From Macrostomum lignano (Eukaryota), in NCBI GenBank assembly GCA_002269645.1, contig NIVC01000012.1:1550001-1614000 (forward strand): 64,000 nt of DNA, in the 5' to 3' direction. Position 1 is the first letter of the stretch. Each line of letters begins with the position of its first letter. A program made the position numbers and the translations under genes. Shown one piece after another: positions 35,830 through 48,122 of the stretch. The notes below the pieces were generated by a model. The model ran no database searches and had not been told where the DNA came from. It worked only from the letters and a program-made list of their open reading frames with translations.

Positions 35830-36035
35830 TGCTGAAGTCGAAGCTGTCTTAAGTGACTTGCCATTGGCACGAGCAACCGATTATCCGAGTTTGAACAAGC
35901 TCGATCTCAACTACGTTCTTAAGTGTTTTATCTTAGAGATTCGAAATTAACGTGGTGATCGCTATGGCGCTTCTACGTTGAAGGATTTTTTCAGAATGCT
36001 GCAATACTACATGTACTTGTTCAACCAATGGCCAA
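35830..36035 (+). pseudogene. Crypton-type recombinase relic, N-terminal core-binding part
   Basis: Reading through the stop at 35948-35950 gives LNKLDLNYVLKCFILEIRN*RGDRYGASTLKDFFRMLQYYM, resembling LN..L..F..EVRK..G..Y.P.TL..I...LQRY. Confidence 0.55.
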
Positions 36036-36377
36036 TGTGGAGTTGTGCGGGATGATTGTCTACTTTGATTGAGTTGATCTGTTACGACCCGTTGATTCAC
36101 TTTTAACTGTCAAGCCAAAAAAACGGGTTAACAACTGCTCGCTTTTCTAAAACATTATAATCTGTTGCTTGTACATGTATTTGTTCATTTAAGGTTATTT
36201 TTTGTTTTGTTAACGACACAGTTCGCGGTATTCGTGCCTGGTTATTAAAATTACAAACAAATTTGGTAATAAAAAGTCGTCAACTTTTGCACGTCTTTCA
36301 AAACTTTTAAATAGTTTTTTTGCAGGATGCTTCATATTTGCAGGACTGCATCTTATATCAGCTCAGTGGACGCGAAT

Positions 36378-36545
36378 GTCACGAGTAGATTCAATCCGGA
36401 TATATGAGTAGAGTCGATTTATGAGACACGAGTAGCGTCGATCCTGAGACATGAGTAGAGTCGACCCAGAGACATGAGTAGAGTTGATCTAGGGACATGA
36501 GTAGAGTCGATCCAGAGACACGTAGAGTCAATCCCGAGACATGCT
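36378..36545. repeat. 23-bp minisatellite (AGTAGAGTCGACCCAGAGACATG), ~7 copies
   Basis: Tandem copies directly downstream of the GPCR stop codon. Confidence 0.85.
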
Positions 36546-39049
36546 CACGCGTAGGTTGAGTGACTCGACTTGTAGACCAGTGCCTTAGGCCAGCAACAGC
36601 AGGCCTGTCGCCAGACTCGCACCAGTTCCTTCTTACCCAGAAAGAAGAACAGAAAGATGCAGAATCCTTGGCTGCCATTTCCAATGACGAATATGTACTC
36701 CATGACTAGGCGCAAGCTGATATTAGTCTCTGCGTTGACTAGAAAGACAAAAATACCAAGGATCCAGGTCAGGCCAAGTAGAAACGTCAGTCCAAGTACC
36801 TGGTGCAGCCTTCTAGCCAGGGTACTCTTGGCTTTGGCATTGCTGACGCTGCGTCTGAAGAACACCGATGTCAAACTGACTACTGTTAGTAGAAAGTTAT
36901 AGGCTAAAGAAGCGCCAAATGGCAATAGAAAAGCCGATATGAGAAGGTCCTTGACTAACCAGCAGAGTGAGTAGCGTTGAGCTGTACCAGTGTGAGCTTC
37001 AGTATAGTTTTGATAGGGCCAGTAGCCCTGAGGGACCACTGTCCCAAAGGTAAGACCCACTGCCAGTCCGGCCAAGGTTATAGTTACCAATAACGTAGCC
37101 TTGAAATAGTGCCGCTGAACCCGGCACTGGAACACATTGGGCCACAAGATTGGCACGGCGACGGTCAGGAAGATGTGCGTGCTGAGCGCGTTGCTGCACA
37201 AACTAATTGCTAGCAGAGTAAAGTGCAGCGCTGAGGCAACCGTCTGGCAGAGCCAGTGAGGCTTATCAACAGCTAGACTATTTGTGTAGAACAATAGGAA
37301 CTGACAGGTGATCAGCACAATTAGCAGGAGGGTAACGCGACTGCTGGTGAGGTCGCGAGACTGCTGACAATGCGGAGTGCGCCGCTGAGCAGTCAAAAAG
37401 AGAATATAGGAGGCGATCATGAAGATCAAACAGCCAATTGACAAGCTGGAAGTCACATAGGTGAGAATTGACATGATGCGTCGGTGCAGGTTTACCTGAG
37501 GATCGGCTGCCTGTTCCATCGGTACGAACAAGACGGAGAACGCGGTCAGGTGGTTGCAGGAGCAGGTGACACTAGCAGCTGTCTCATTGTTCTTCCAGCA
37601 ACCATCAGAAGACCAATGCTCAGTGCTGACGTTCCAGTAGACGCAAACTGGACGAGAGTTTTCATGTAGGCCTTGGCACTCTGGCTTCTTTCGAAAAGTG
37701 ATGTGGACGGGATCTCTCAGTATCGGGGACACAAGTTCTGTCTTAAGATCGACTGTGAATGAGCCGATGTGAGCCTTTTGAGTGCCGTAGTTACTGTAAT
37801 AGCGGGTTCGGATGCCTTCATCTTTGGGATCAGCTTCGTTATCGTCAGAAAATTCCCTGGCGTATAGCTGATCGTCAAACAGAGTCACCATCGACCATCT
37901 CCCCGAGCTTGTCATACGAACTGGCAGCTGCAGTACAATGTAGTCCTGTGGCAGAGATTGAACCGGTCTCTCGTCTACTGGAAAAGTACTCGGAATAACT
38001 TCGTGAATGGTGCCATCCTGGCTAGCCCGGACTCGAATCTCCTGATAGACAGGAGACGGTGTCGAAGCCCCATCGGAGAGTTCAGCATTCTCACCGGCAG
38101 TCAGGTTGGTCGTGTCGAAAACCGAAAATGACACGCTGGCGTTGGCGAACGAAATCTGGGTGTCGGACTGTTCAATTATTGCCACGAATTCTTCCGCTGC
38201 CTCGCGGTACAGCGTAGCCCAGGTGGGACTCCGGGGATCGTGCAGTTGAACAATAGTGCCAAGCATCTTGCTAAAGATATCCCACGAACAATCCAACAGT
38301 TGCATCTGCTTTTTGTTGCAACCGGAAGGATTCTTCTTTGCCAATGGTAGCATGTAGTTGAGGTTCAGCAACAGAAGAGTAAGGCAGCCTGACACGCTGG
38401 AGTTATCGTTGCCGTTTTTCAGCGGATTCTGAAAAAGTCTAATCTGGTCGCAGATTGTGCCAATGCTTATGTTTGCCTGATGCCCCGGGGCCTTCTCCAT
38501 TTCAAGCAGATTCATGCTAAGCACTATGCGACACATCACTAAATTTTTCACTAAGTGTTCTTTAGCTCGTGCCATAACAGTGTATTCTGAATACAGAGTA
38601 CTTTCATTGCCATAATTCGAGCATTTAACGCCGATACTTTCGTCAAATGGCTCCGCTTGTAACTTTACGCCTGGCCGTGGCCTAAAAGCCAGTTGGAAGA
38701 TGCTAGTCTTAGTCAATGTTAGGTTCCGCCGAACCAAACTGTATTCGAATACTGACGACGCGTTCGGCTGCAGTGAAGTCACTTTGCAAACTATGTAGGG
38801 GCACGAGCGACTGCGAACGACAAACATCGCAGCTGGAAGCCACCCCGCCGAGGAAGAACTCCGGCCAGACGTTGCGTTAGTCTCGTTGAAGTCGCCAGAA
38901 TCGACGTCTTGAATAATCGGAACCAGCAGCTCATTGTTGCGATAGTCGGAGATCATTTGAAAGTCAAGTAATTTGCTTCGTCCAGCCTCGATTTCACTGT
39001 GCAACGAGGCGAGAATAAGCAGCAGACAGAGTTGCAGTGCTGGCGACAT
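36545..39049 (-). CDS. Adhesion GPCR (GAIN/GPS plus secretin-like 7TM), 834 aa, uninterrupted CDS
   Basis: ATG at 39049 followed by signal peptide MSPALQLCLLLILASLHSEIEA; GPS CVYWN...WSSDGC...TCSCNHLTAFSVL; seven hydrophobic segments; LGLTWILG and NGSQGFCIF motifs. Confidence 0.93.
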   Translation of the reverse strand: MSPALQLCLLLILASLHSEIEAGRSKLLDFQMISDYRNNELLVPIIQDVDSGDFNETNATSGRSSSSAGWLPAAMFVVRSRSCPYIVCKVTSLQPNASSVFEYSLVRRNLTLTKTSIFQLAFRPRPGVKLQAEPFDESIGVKCSNYGNESTLYSEYTVMARAKEHLVKNLVMCRIVLSMNLLEMEKAPGHQANISIGTICDQIRLFQNPLKNGNDNSSVSGCLTLLLLNLNYMLPLAKKNPSGCNKKQMQLLDCSWDIFSKMLGTIVQLHDPRSPTWATLYREAAEEFVAIIEQSDTQISFANASVSFSVFDTTNLTAGENAELSDGASTPSPVYQEIRVRASQDGTIHEVIPSTFPVDERPVQSLPQDYIVLQLPVRMTSSGRWSMVTLFDDQLYAREFSDDNEADPKDEGIRTRYYSNYGTQKAHIGSFTVDLKTELVSPILRDPVHITFRKKPECQGLHENSRPVCVYWNVSTEHWSSDGCWKNNETAASVTCSCNHLTAFSVLFVPMEQAADPQVNLHRRIMSILTYVTSSLSIGCLIFMIASYILFLTAQRRTPHCQQSRDLTSSRVTLLLIVLITCQFLLFYTNSLAVDKPHWLCQTVASALHFTLLAISLCSNALSTHIFLTVAVPILWPNVFQCRVQRHYFKATLLVTITLAGLAVGLTFGTVVPQGYWPYQNYTEAHTGTAQRYSLCWLVKDLLISAFLLPFGASLAYNFLLTVVSLTSVFFRRSVSNAKAKSTLARRLHQVLGLTFLLGLTWILGIFVFLVNAETNISLRLVMEYIFVIGNGSQGFCIFLFFFLGKKELVRVWRQACCCWPKALVYKSSHSTYA

Positions 39050-39219
39050 TGCCTCGAATTTCCTGGGTTGTGTAATTGCAGTGATTTTTTCAGTCAATTT
39101 GTTTTAAGCTTTTATTAAAATCGAGAAGTATTGGAGGATAAAATTAAAAATGAGAATCTCGTTGCAGCCAGCTTCCAGCAGCAGTCAAAAGGAACCTTGC
39201 TATGGCCTACGCCTCCATA

Positions 39220-39505
39220 GCTGGCTCCCCCTCTGTAGCTGGCGTCCCCTTGTAGCTGGTGCCGCCTTCTGTGCTGGCGCCTCTCTGTAGCTGGCGCCCC
39301 CTCCGTAACCATGGTGCCCCTCCGTAGCTGGCGCCCCTGTTACTGGCGCCCCCTGTATAGCTGGCATCCTCTCGTAGCTGGCGCCCCCTCCGTAACCATG
39401 GCGTCCCCTCTGTAGCTGGTGCCCCCTGTATAGCTGTCTCCCTCCGTAAACCATGGCGCCCCCTCTATACATGTAGCTGGCGCCCCCTGTGTAGCTGGCG
39501 CCACC
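39220..39505. repeat. Degenerate GC-rich 18-bp minisatellite, reverse orientation of the 6427-6972 family
   Basis: Repeated GTAGCTGGCGCCCCCTCT units interleaved with CCGTAACCATGG. Confidence 0.85.
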
Positions 39506-40899
39506 TCGCCAGCTTTTTTACTAAATCTGACAGTTTGCAGCAACGAGTGGGTAGTTATTGAAACTAAAACCACCTTACAGCCAAGCAAAGAACTTTTGAA
39601 TGTATAATTAAAGAGCGCGGGGAACTTACTCAAAATTGTTCTGTCGGAAGAAGGGCCGAGATTTGCCTGTTTGAATTGGCTTCTCAAGAAGTTGCATTGA
39701 TGAAAATCATGCTCAGCTATTTATACAATTTCTTTTCGCAAAGACAGCATTTGCGAATGGATACCACTACTACAGTTCAATCTTTTCGTCTGGTAAACTA
39801 GATTCTCGTAGATAGTGTTGTAGGGTCAAGTGCTTTGTCAACTGAGGCGGATTTTTAATTTACTCGCCGAGAAAAACTTCTGATTGTCACGACTGTCGAA
39901 GGTTTTTTTACACCTTCAGGATAAACTCTACAAATGATTTATGAAGTAGCTACCTGATAATACTTTGTCCATATCAGTAGGTAGACGACTAAATCTGGTT
40001 CCCATTTCATTGTGACGTTGACGTTTCATCTGAATTTTCCAATTGTTCTTTGATATTATTCACTAAAATATTGAATGTGCATCTTAATTATATTTGTTAT
40101 TTGTATTTATAACACAATAATAATTATAATTAACTGAGGCATTTTTAACATTTAAAAGTATAAGTGATGTATCTATTTGTTATAATTTTAATTATAATTT
40201 TATCCCTAAATAAATAAATGATAAATAATTAATAATTATGGAATTAATCAATTAAAATCAAAACAAAAATATATGTATCATTTATATTTATAAATGTTAT
40301 ATTTATTGGCGGTGGCTAACAATACTTTGTTTCAGTGTATTAATGTCGCCGAAAGTCGGTATATTTCAACGGTTGAATTGTGTGGCTTCGTCAGTCTTTG
40401 GAGGTCGGCTGCTATAGCCATATACTCGTACATGTAGCTAACAAGTTGATAACTAACATCGATAGAATTCTACCCACCGAAAACCAAAGTCGCATCGCAT
40501 CCAATTAAGGACAGTACAGCAAGTAATATTTAATATAAATTTAACTCAGAAATTTTGCTCATCTTTGTATTATAATCAAACGTACAGTATTCAATAACAC
40601 TAAACCGATTCAGTAAAGAACAGCCATTATTGAAATAAGTTGGACACCTACATTCATCACAGTCTCGTGTAGTCACAGTACAATACATTAGTTTACATTA
40701 CAAAAACGGTCAATTTCTCACATCTGAGAGCCGGTCCTCTACGACAGAATAATTTACTCTACGCAAGACAGTACGATTCAAAATAATTTAAAAAATAGGT
40801 TACAAATACACCAGCAAATAAAACAAACTTTAAAAGAACGACCAAGTCAAAATAGTAAAATTAAAACAAAAAATAACAGCCGGAGACCACCAGTCGAGA

Positions 40900-40998
40900 T
40901 CAAGCAACCGATGTGGCATTATCGGCTCGCTTGAGAAACTCTTTGAGTCGGGCATCCTTGGAATCGTCCGACATGCTTGAGAAGCTGGTGCGCAATGT
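40900..40998 (-). CDS. WDR93: WDR93 homolog, putative last coding exon 10
   Basis: TTCCGCAG acceptor, phase 0; TLRTSFSSMSDDSKDARLKEFLKRADNATSVA*. Supported by phase fit only. Confidence 0.55.
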   Translation of the reverse strand, partial: TLRTSFSSMSDDSKDARLKEFLKRADNATSVA

Positions 40999-43044
40999 CT
41001 GCGGAATTGATCAATAGTGATGAGATCAGTTGGAGATACAGGTTTGATTTGCATTCAGCTAAATCCCAATCCCATGCCTACTTAATAAGCTCACAATGTC
41101 ACGCGGCACATAAGCAGCTCCCTAGCAACACCCTTTTTTGCGTAAGTACCTCCTGATCACCCAACAGTTTGATGAACTCAACTGAAGCAGCTGAATTACC
41201 AATGGCATTGGATAACTTTTGTTCCGTGTGACATCGTTTGTTAAGAGGGGTGTAGCTGGCGCCGGATACTATTACCAACGTACGATCATGAAAGCAAAAT
41301 CTATGGATTGCATCAACAAAGGATGAAATTTCAAACAAATTTAAAAAATCAATAAAATTTTATCGATATAATGCAACGAACCAATGAGGGAATGACGAAT
41401 TATGAATTAATTTTAACTCCTGCATCTATTGCTGCATAAGCACTCGTATAGTAGATTGTCTACTTTAATATGTCAAAAGACTTTTTAGCAACAAATTCAT
41501 ATAAATTTTAGCATGCCTAACAGTAGATTAACAATTCAGCCAATTCAAGTTCCTGTCTGATGGAGCTGCATTTTCTAATAGATTTCGAAGTATTTTAAAT
41601 ATTACTTCCTTGTACTACCAAGCGCTAAAGGTTAGAGATATGTCAGTTTTCAATTTGCGTGATAGTGATAGTAAGTGTACTTGCTAATTTTAATAAATAA
41701 ATAATTATTTGTGTTTCAATCAATGTGAAAACAGTACGAATACTTCCTGACTAACTAACGTTGAGATATCATGGGAATACTAAAGGCATGCATTTAAACA
41801 AAATAACTAAAAATTCGATGAAGGTAAAATTGACGCAAAATCTGGTGCGCAACGGCAGTGCAGGTATATATAAACTGTTGTAAGCGTTGCTTTTGTACAC
41901 GTAAATAGCAAAATTTGCTAAAAAGCTCAGGTTTCCCTGGGGATCAAGAAGCAGCAAATCAGCAAGCAAAGGAGTACACTTCCTACAGGTAGACTGTAGA
42001 TTCCGTTTTCCAATATAATGAAGCTCACCATCTTTTTACATCGTAGGTTATTAGGTAATCTAATATTATCGCCTTTTATCTCAGTATGAAATCTATTTCA
42101 CTGGATAATAGCGATGCTGAAGATGTAGGAAAATTATAGTTAAATATTTAGCGTTGATGTTCAATATAATAAATCAATTATAGGTTGTAATGCAAGTGTC
42201 ACAGAAAATTGAAAGCCTATGATAGCAATGTTAAACTCGAAAGCAGTGTAATAAGGATTCGTTCCAGAAGAAAGAAAAAATACGCAATTTGATATGTATA
42301 CTATTGAAAGAGCTTAGATATTCAGTATACAGAAACTAGTGTACAATCAAATTTATTGAAGTTAAGAAAGCATTAGAGTATCTGTAGGTTTCATCATAAA
42401 CTTTGTTTTATAATGGAACTGATGCGTGCCTGCCTGCTTTCTCCCCTCTTCTAAAGGAAAGGGTGTTTGTGCTTTTTATCGATTGCTTTGTCTAGGTGTT
42501 TTTTTATCGATTTTTGTCGGCCCTGAATCTTCACACTTACCCCGGTAGCACACCCCCCTCTTCTTCTCGATCGCCTGTCTGGGGTGGATGGACGGTAATC
42601 GATTGTCTAGTTGCAGCCACTCTAGCCCCACCCACCCCTCATTTTCTACCCCCCGCCACTTCTGATCGATCGATAACCCCTCATGGGGCCGCGCTCTGCA
42701 TGTACTCTTGTTTTGACTTCTTTAAGAAACCACATATCCGCTCGTATTATATAGTGAGTCACTTTACTCTGGACTCAGCAGTTTAAACAGCTTCTTTTCC
42801 CTATATGTCTCGTACTTTGCACAATAATTTTGTCTAAATCCTAGGAAAGCCTGTAAGATCCATATGGTTTAGAAAAATTTAAAGAATGAAAAACTAAAAA
42901 TAGAGAGCTTAAAGTAATAGAACATTTTGAGATAAAAAACCTTACGAGCGTACAGCGATAACGAGCAGGAAACATATTTAAAGAGATGCTCGAATGCATA
43001 CAAGCGAATCAATTTTCTACAGAAATTGCTATGCTTATACTAAC

Positions 43045-43171
43045 CTTGACACTTCTAGGTGTCTCAGCAGCAGCGGCAGCGGCTGCAGCAGCCTCTACTT
43101 CTTTCAACGTGTTGAACAAGTTGGACCACATGTCCACCAGTGTTTTCTGACGCTCCGTGTGGGTTGCGTTC
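43045..43171 (-). CDS. WDR93: WDR93 homolog, coding exon 9
   Basis: TTTTCACAG acceptor and GTTAGT donor; NATHTERQKTLVDMWSNL... Confidence 0.75.
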
Positions 43172-43496
43172 CTGTGAAAATATTTGTAAATTAAATATCA
43201 TGAGAACGATGTCAAAAAGCAGAAAATTTCCACTATTGCTTAACAGTTAGCTCGTAGCTCGTAGATCAAAATTCGAAATACTAATCTTAGAAAGTCACAA
43301 TCAAGTGGTAACGTGCTTAGGGCTTGTCGTGCAATTTACGCCCAAGTCGTGCAAGAGCCAACCTACCTGGGCACAGAGCGTGACTGTGTGTGCGTGTGTG
43401 TGCTTAAGGTTCAAGTTCAGTGTGTGTCGCCTTGATTTACGACGATTGTCGGCACGCCTTGATTGTTGCCCCATGATCCGGCAATATCTCTCTCAC

Positions 43497-43847
43497 CTGT
43501 GCTGCAGGTAAGCGTCGGCCCTCTGTTCCACTTTGCAGTGGACAAAGCAGGGCACCTGCTGTACTCGCCGCTGCTTCCAGTAGGGCCGCATTGGCACCAA
43601 AATCTTCAGACTGTAGCAGAAAAGTCGCTCTTCATCGTTGCGAGCACTGACAGCGGCTTCGTCAGCGGCGGCAGTGACGTCTCCGTCGATGGCAGCTCCC
43701 GTCGCGTCAACGTCGCCTTCTCCGCCGGTCAACTCGCGTCGACCTCGAATGAAGAGGCTGCGACCGCCGGCTGCAAGGGCCCAGCCGCCCGGCTGCCACG
43801 GCTCGGGCAGCTGGTAGGGCGGTGGCAGGTTAAAGTGCAGCACCTCC
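43497..43847 (-). CDS. WDR93: WDR93 homolog, coding exon 8
   Basis: CTTTCGCAG acceptor and GTGAGA donor; EVLHFNLPPPYQLPEPWQP...RADAYLQHR. Confidence 0.85.
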
Positions 43848-44357
43848 CTGCGAAAGGCATCAGTCAATACAAGTGATGGATTATTAGATGAAGGAACAAA
43901 GGTATGAATAAAGATAGATTACGCAAGATTTGTTGAGTTAAACATAAGAAACATAAAAACACATTACGCGTAGATTAAAAGCATTACTGTTGTTTTTGAC
44001 GTTTCAATATCAATGATACCATTTCAGGATACATAGGCTTTGATACGGTTACTATGCCTTCAAAGCCTGCCATCTGACTTACAATAATAATACCTAATTA
44101 GACCTTCACTATGCATCTTTTACGAGGTAGTCCCTACATGTACTCGTATAATGCATCTTAGAGGAGATCGAGATAGAAGGAGGCTTAGCCGCGACAGGCA
44201 TCAGTGAACACAATAATAGTAAACATAATTAAACTGCACAGTTGACAAAAGTCGCCACTATTGAAAAAACTCGTAATTTGACTATGAGGTTTTCAAGATA
44301 TTTAAACAAATCGATATATTACCTACAACACAAAAGTAACAGTGTGGTAGCAGTTAC

Positions 44358-44585
44358 CTTCCAAGACGAACGTCGTGCAACACAATGGCTCCACTACGGG
44401 TGGCCCTCAGCAGGAGGGTCGGATGACCCAGTGGATAGTAGTCCACCAGTTGCGGAGCCTCGTAAGCGTGCCTGGCGCTGTGCGGCAACGGACTCGCTGT
44501 CGGAGGAGCGGCTTCGGGACCAATGTCGGCTAGGTACGGCTTAAGGTCGCTGTTGTAGATAGCGGCTCTAACAGGTTGAGTGGAC
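44358..44585 (-). CDS. WDR93: WDR93 homolog, coding exon 7
   Basis: CAACGCAG acceptor and GTAACT donor; open frame ending PTLLLRATRSGAIVLHDVRLG; phases 2/2 fit the neighbouring exons. Confidence 0.8.
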
Positions 44586-44662
44586 CTGCGTTGGCAAGGA
44601 TAGCTCAGGTAGTTTAATGAACAAGACTGGTTGGAGTCACCTTCGGATCTTGAGACCAGGGA

Positions 44663-45017
44663 TGAGTTGCACTGGTCTATGAGGAATCAGACATGAGTTG
44701 CACTGGTCTATGAGGAATCAGACATGAGTTGCACTGGTCTATGAGAAATCAGACATGAGTTGCACTGGTCTATGAGAAATCAGACATGAGTTGCACTGGT
44801 CTGAGGAATCAGACTTGAGTTGCACTGGTCTATGAGGAATCAGAAATGAGTTGCACTGGTCTATGAGAAATCAGACATGAGTTGCACTGGTCTATGAGGA
44901 ATCAGAAATGAGTTGCACTGGTCTATGAGGAATCAGACATGAGTTGCACTGGTCTATGAGAAATCAGACATGAGTTGCACTGGTCTATGAGAAATCAGAC
45001 ATGAGTTGCACTGGTCT
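44663..45017. repeat. 31-bp minisatellite (GAGTTGCACTGGTCTATGAGGAATCAGACAT), ~11 copies, intronic
   Basis: Tandem copies. Confidence 0.95.
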
Positions 45018-45108
45018 AATGTGGGATCAATCAAGGATCGCGGGAAAGGGATGCACTTTAGTCTCCATAGAGATCAGTAAGCGGTGCTGTGATATCCGGC
45101 GTATTTAC

Positions 45109-45361
45109 TTGTAAATTGCCTCGCCTAGATTGTCACTCTGCTCCTCGTCGGCAGGTGGATTAAGGAAGAAGACTCGAACGATTGGACGCGGATTTTCCGG
45201 ATCCACGCTAATCACGTGACGCACTAGGCCGAGTCGAAGGTCGTGTAAGATGAGGTTGCCGGACTCCAGGCCGACGGCAATCAAGGAGGCGCAGTGTGAT
45301 ACCGTGAGACAGGTAACTGGCGAACCGAAAGTCCAAACCGTCTCGGGGCGGAATTCCAGAT
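45109..45361 (-). CDS. WDR93: WDR93 homolog, coding exon 6 (WD40-like strand pattern)
   Basis: CACCTCAG acceptor and GTAAAT donor; VWTFGSPVTCLTVSHCASLIAVGLESGNLILHDL. Confidence 0.85.
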
Positions 45362-45724
45362 CTGAGGTGGATAGAGAAAGAAAGCAAGAAAAGTACTTTT
45401 TCATTATAGCATTAGTTTAGAGGAATTTTCTTTTTTAATTTTAGTACCAGTGCTTCACAAATATTTTCGTGTAGTCTAAAAACAGTGCATTTTACCCCGA
45501 AAGAGTGACAAAAAGTTTGTACCTTGTAAAAAATTGGAATGTGCATCATTTTATTAATTTGCAATGTAAAAACATTTAGAAAGCACTTGTATATGAGATG
45601 AAATTATCCTAATTAATTATATAGTTTCTTTATTTAAAAAAATATATTGACGATTAATTGACTAAACTAAAATCGCGTCAAACAGAAAGAGTGATTGAAA
45701 ATAAAGTTATCAGACTGGAGTGCA

Positions 45725-45990
45725 AAGAGGCCCGGTGAGATAAGGTCGTCCCGGGGAGTGGGGTGGCTGCAGCAGATTTGAGTGCAGAGAAGCGGGGTGA
45801 GAGATAGGTTGTTCCGGGGAGTGGGGTGGCTGCAGCAGATTGGGGTGCAGAGAAGCGGGGTGAAAGATAGATCGTCCCGGGAAGTGGGGTGGCTGCAGCA
45901 GATTGGGGTGGAGAGAAGCGGGGTGAGAGATAAGGTCGTCTCGGGGAGTGGGGTGGCTGCAGTGGATTGTGGATCTTGGGTGCAGAGAGG
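45725..45990. repeat. 63-bp G-rich minisatellite, ~4 copies, intronic
   Basis: Unit GGGGAGTGGGGTGGCTGCAGCAGATTGGGGTGCAGAGAAGCGGGGTGAGAGATAAGGTCGTCC. Confidence 0.9.
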
Positions 45991-46490
45991 CTGCGGCTGA
46001 TAGATTTGATTGACACTGGTGACAATGTCATCAAGTCTGGTTTTATGAGAAATGAATTTGATACGGAAGTTCGTAATTTTTATCATTTGTCTTGAAACGA
46101 TGGAAAATTTACAAGCTCGTGAAAATTACTGATAACTGATCTTTTACTATGGTGATAGATGTCTAATGGCACTAATTTTGAATACTAATTTTTTGCTATA
46201 TAGAACCAACCAGCCAGTTGAATTTGCCCTAATCGGCTGGACTTTAATTGTCTAGTTGGTGCAGTCATCTGCATCACTGACGACCGACTCGACGCGCGTC
46301 CCAGCTGTTGAACATGACGACCTTCATCGCTGGTGGCAGAATCATCTGGATGATCGCCAAGTTTGGTGTCGAAAAGGAATAATTCGAAACCGGCATTTTA
46401 CACGGTGCACTACTTGGTTAGTTAGTAGTAAAAGTGTAATACGAATAATATTTCGCGTCAGTGAGAAAATGTCTTCTTTTTGGAACCTGC

Positions 46491-47003
46491 TGTGAATTAG
46501 CACCCTACCTGTTGTGAATTAGCACCCTATCTGTTGTGAATTAGCACCCTACCTGTTGTGAATTAGCACCCTACCTGTTGTGAATTAGCACCCTACCTGT
46601 TGTGAATTAGCACCCTATCTGTTGTGAATTAGCACCATATCTGTTGTGAATTAGCACCCTATCTGTTGTGAATTAGCACCCTATCTGTTGTGAATTAGCA
46701 CCCTATCTGTTGTGAATTAGCACCCTATCTGTTGTGAATTAGCACCCTATCTGTTGTGAATTAGCACCCTATCTGTTGTGAATTAGCACCCTACCTGTTG
46801 TGAACTAGCACCCTACCTGTTGTGAATAAGTACCCTACATGCGGTGAACTAGCACCCTACCTGTTGTGAATAAGTACCCTACATGCGGTGAACTAGCACC
46901 CTACCTGTTGTGAATAAGCACCCTACATGCGGTGAACTAGCACCCTATCTGTTGTGAATAAGCACCCTACATGCGGTGAACTAGCACCCTATCTGTTGTG
47001 AAT
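46491..47003. repeat. 22-bp minisatellite (TGTGAATTAGCACCCTACCTGT), ~23 copies, intronic
   Basis: Tandem copies; alternating 44-bp dimer at the right end. Confidence 0.95.
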
Positions 47004-47789
47004 TGCGCCTCCATTACTTACTGCAGCAGAACTACAGTGTACCAACTACTTTAACCATTCAAGTACATTGATAAATTAGGCCAATATGCAATATATTAGG
47101 CCAATAGTACAGCCAGTCAAACGATAATTAACGTTGCACGTTCGGTGTAATATTGGCATCTTGGGAGTTGACTTTGGAGTTAGCTATATAAAGTCCTCTG
47201 CTCAAGCAAGTATACCTCTCTCTTTCTGTCTGTCATACTTGACTTTGTTTGCTCTGTTTAAATATTTGCTTAGTCAACAGGTTCTACGAGGCTTGTGTTT
47301 GCCGCTATGAAATGCCACTCTATGCTCTATATTAAGATATGTTTGCGTTTAATTCACTCTGCAGATGAACAATCTATAAAATTGCTGCAACAAATCAATA
47401 TAGGTTGGAAAGTTTTTGTCGGCGCGTATTGTGGTAGGTTGGTGCACTTCGAATAAATTTCTGACTTGGGTAGCTGTAATAAGAAATACCAGCAAATGTT
47501 GGCTTTGCGCTCGTTATGCCGGTCCTTCCAATAGTTTTTTTGTTTGACTTGGACTTTGTTTTAATTGCTGGTTCTACGGAGCTGCCGGAATCCATCAACA
47601 AATCATGAACTAGTGCTGCATTTAGATAATGTTAGGAATGCTTTGTTTGAGGAGATTGTTGCACTTTTAATCAGCTAATGATATAAAGTTTGGTCTCTTC
47701 AATTTTTTTAAAGAAAAAAGTACCTAGAAATTAAATTTAGGAAGCCAGGAGGCCGAGAGTCGAGGCATGAGGTAGATGTTGTGAAATGT

Positions 47790-48122
47790 ATATCTAGGGG
47801 TAGCGGAGCTGAGAGGCCAGACTTGGGTGTTGTGGAATGTGCATCTAGGGGTAGGGGAGCGGAGAGGCCAGTCGTGAGGTGGGTGTTGTAGAATGCGCAT
47901 CAAGGGGCAGGGGAGCGGAGAGGCCAGTCGTGAGGTGGGTGTTGTAGAATGCGCATCAAGGGGCAGGGGAGCGGAGAGGCCAGTTGTGAGGTGGGTGTTG
48001 TAGAATGCGCATCAAGGGGCAGGGGAGCGGAGAGGCCAGTTGTGAGGTGGGTGTTGTAGAATGCGCATCAAGGGGCAGGGGAGCGGAGAGGCCAGTCGTG
48101 AGGTGGGTGTTGTGGAATGTAC
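47790..48122. repeat. 56-bp G-rich minisatellite, ~5-6 copies, intronic
   Basis: Unit starts at 47874 and 47930 (56-bp period). Confidence 0.9.

Noticed and set aside
39050-39097. Upstream non-ATG start of the GPCR ORF
   Set aside because: The ATG at 39049 directly precedes the signal peptide.
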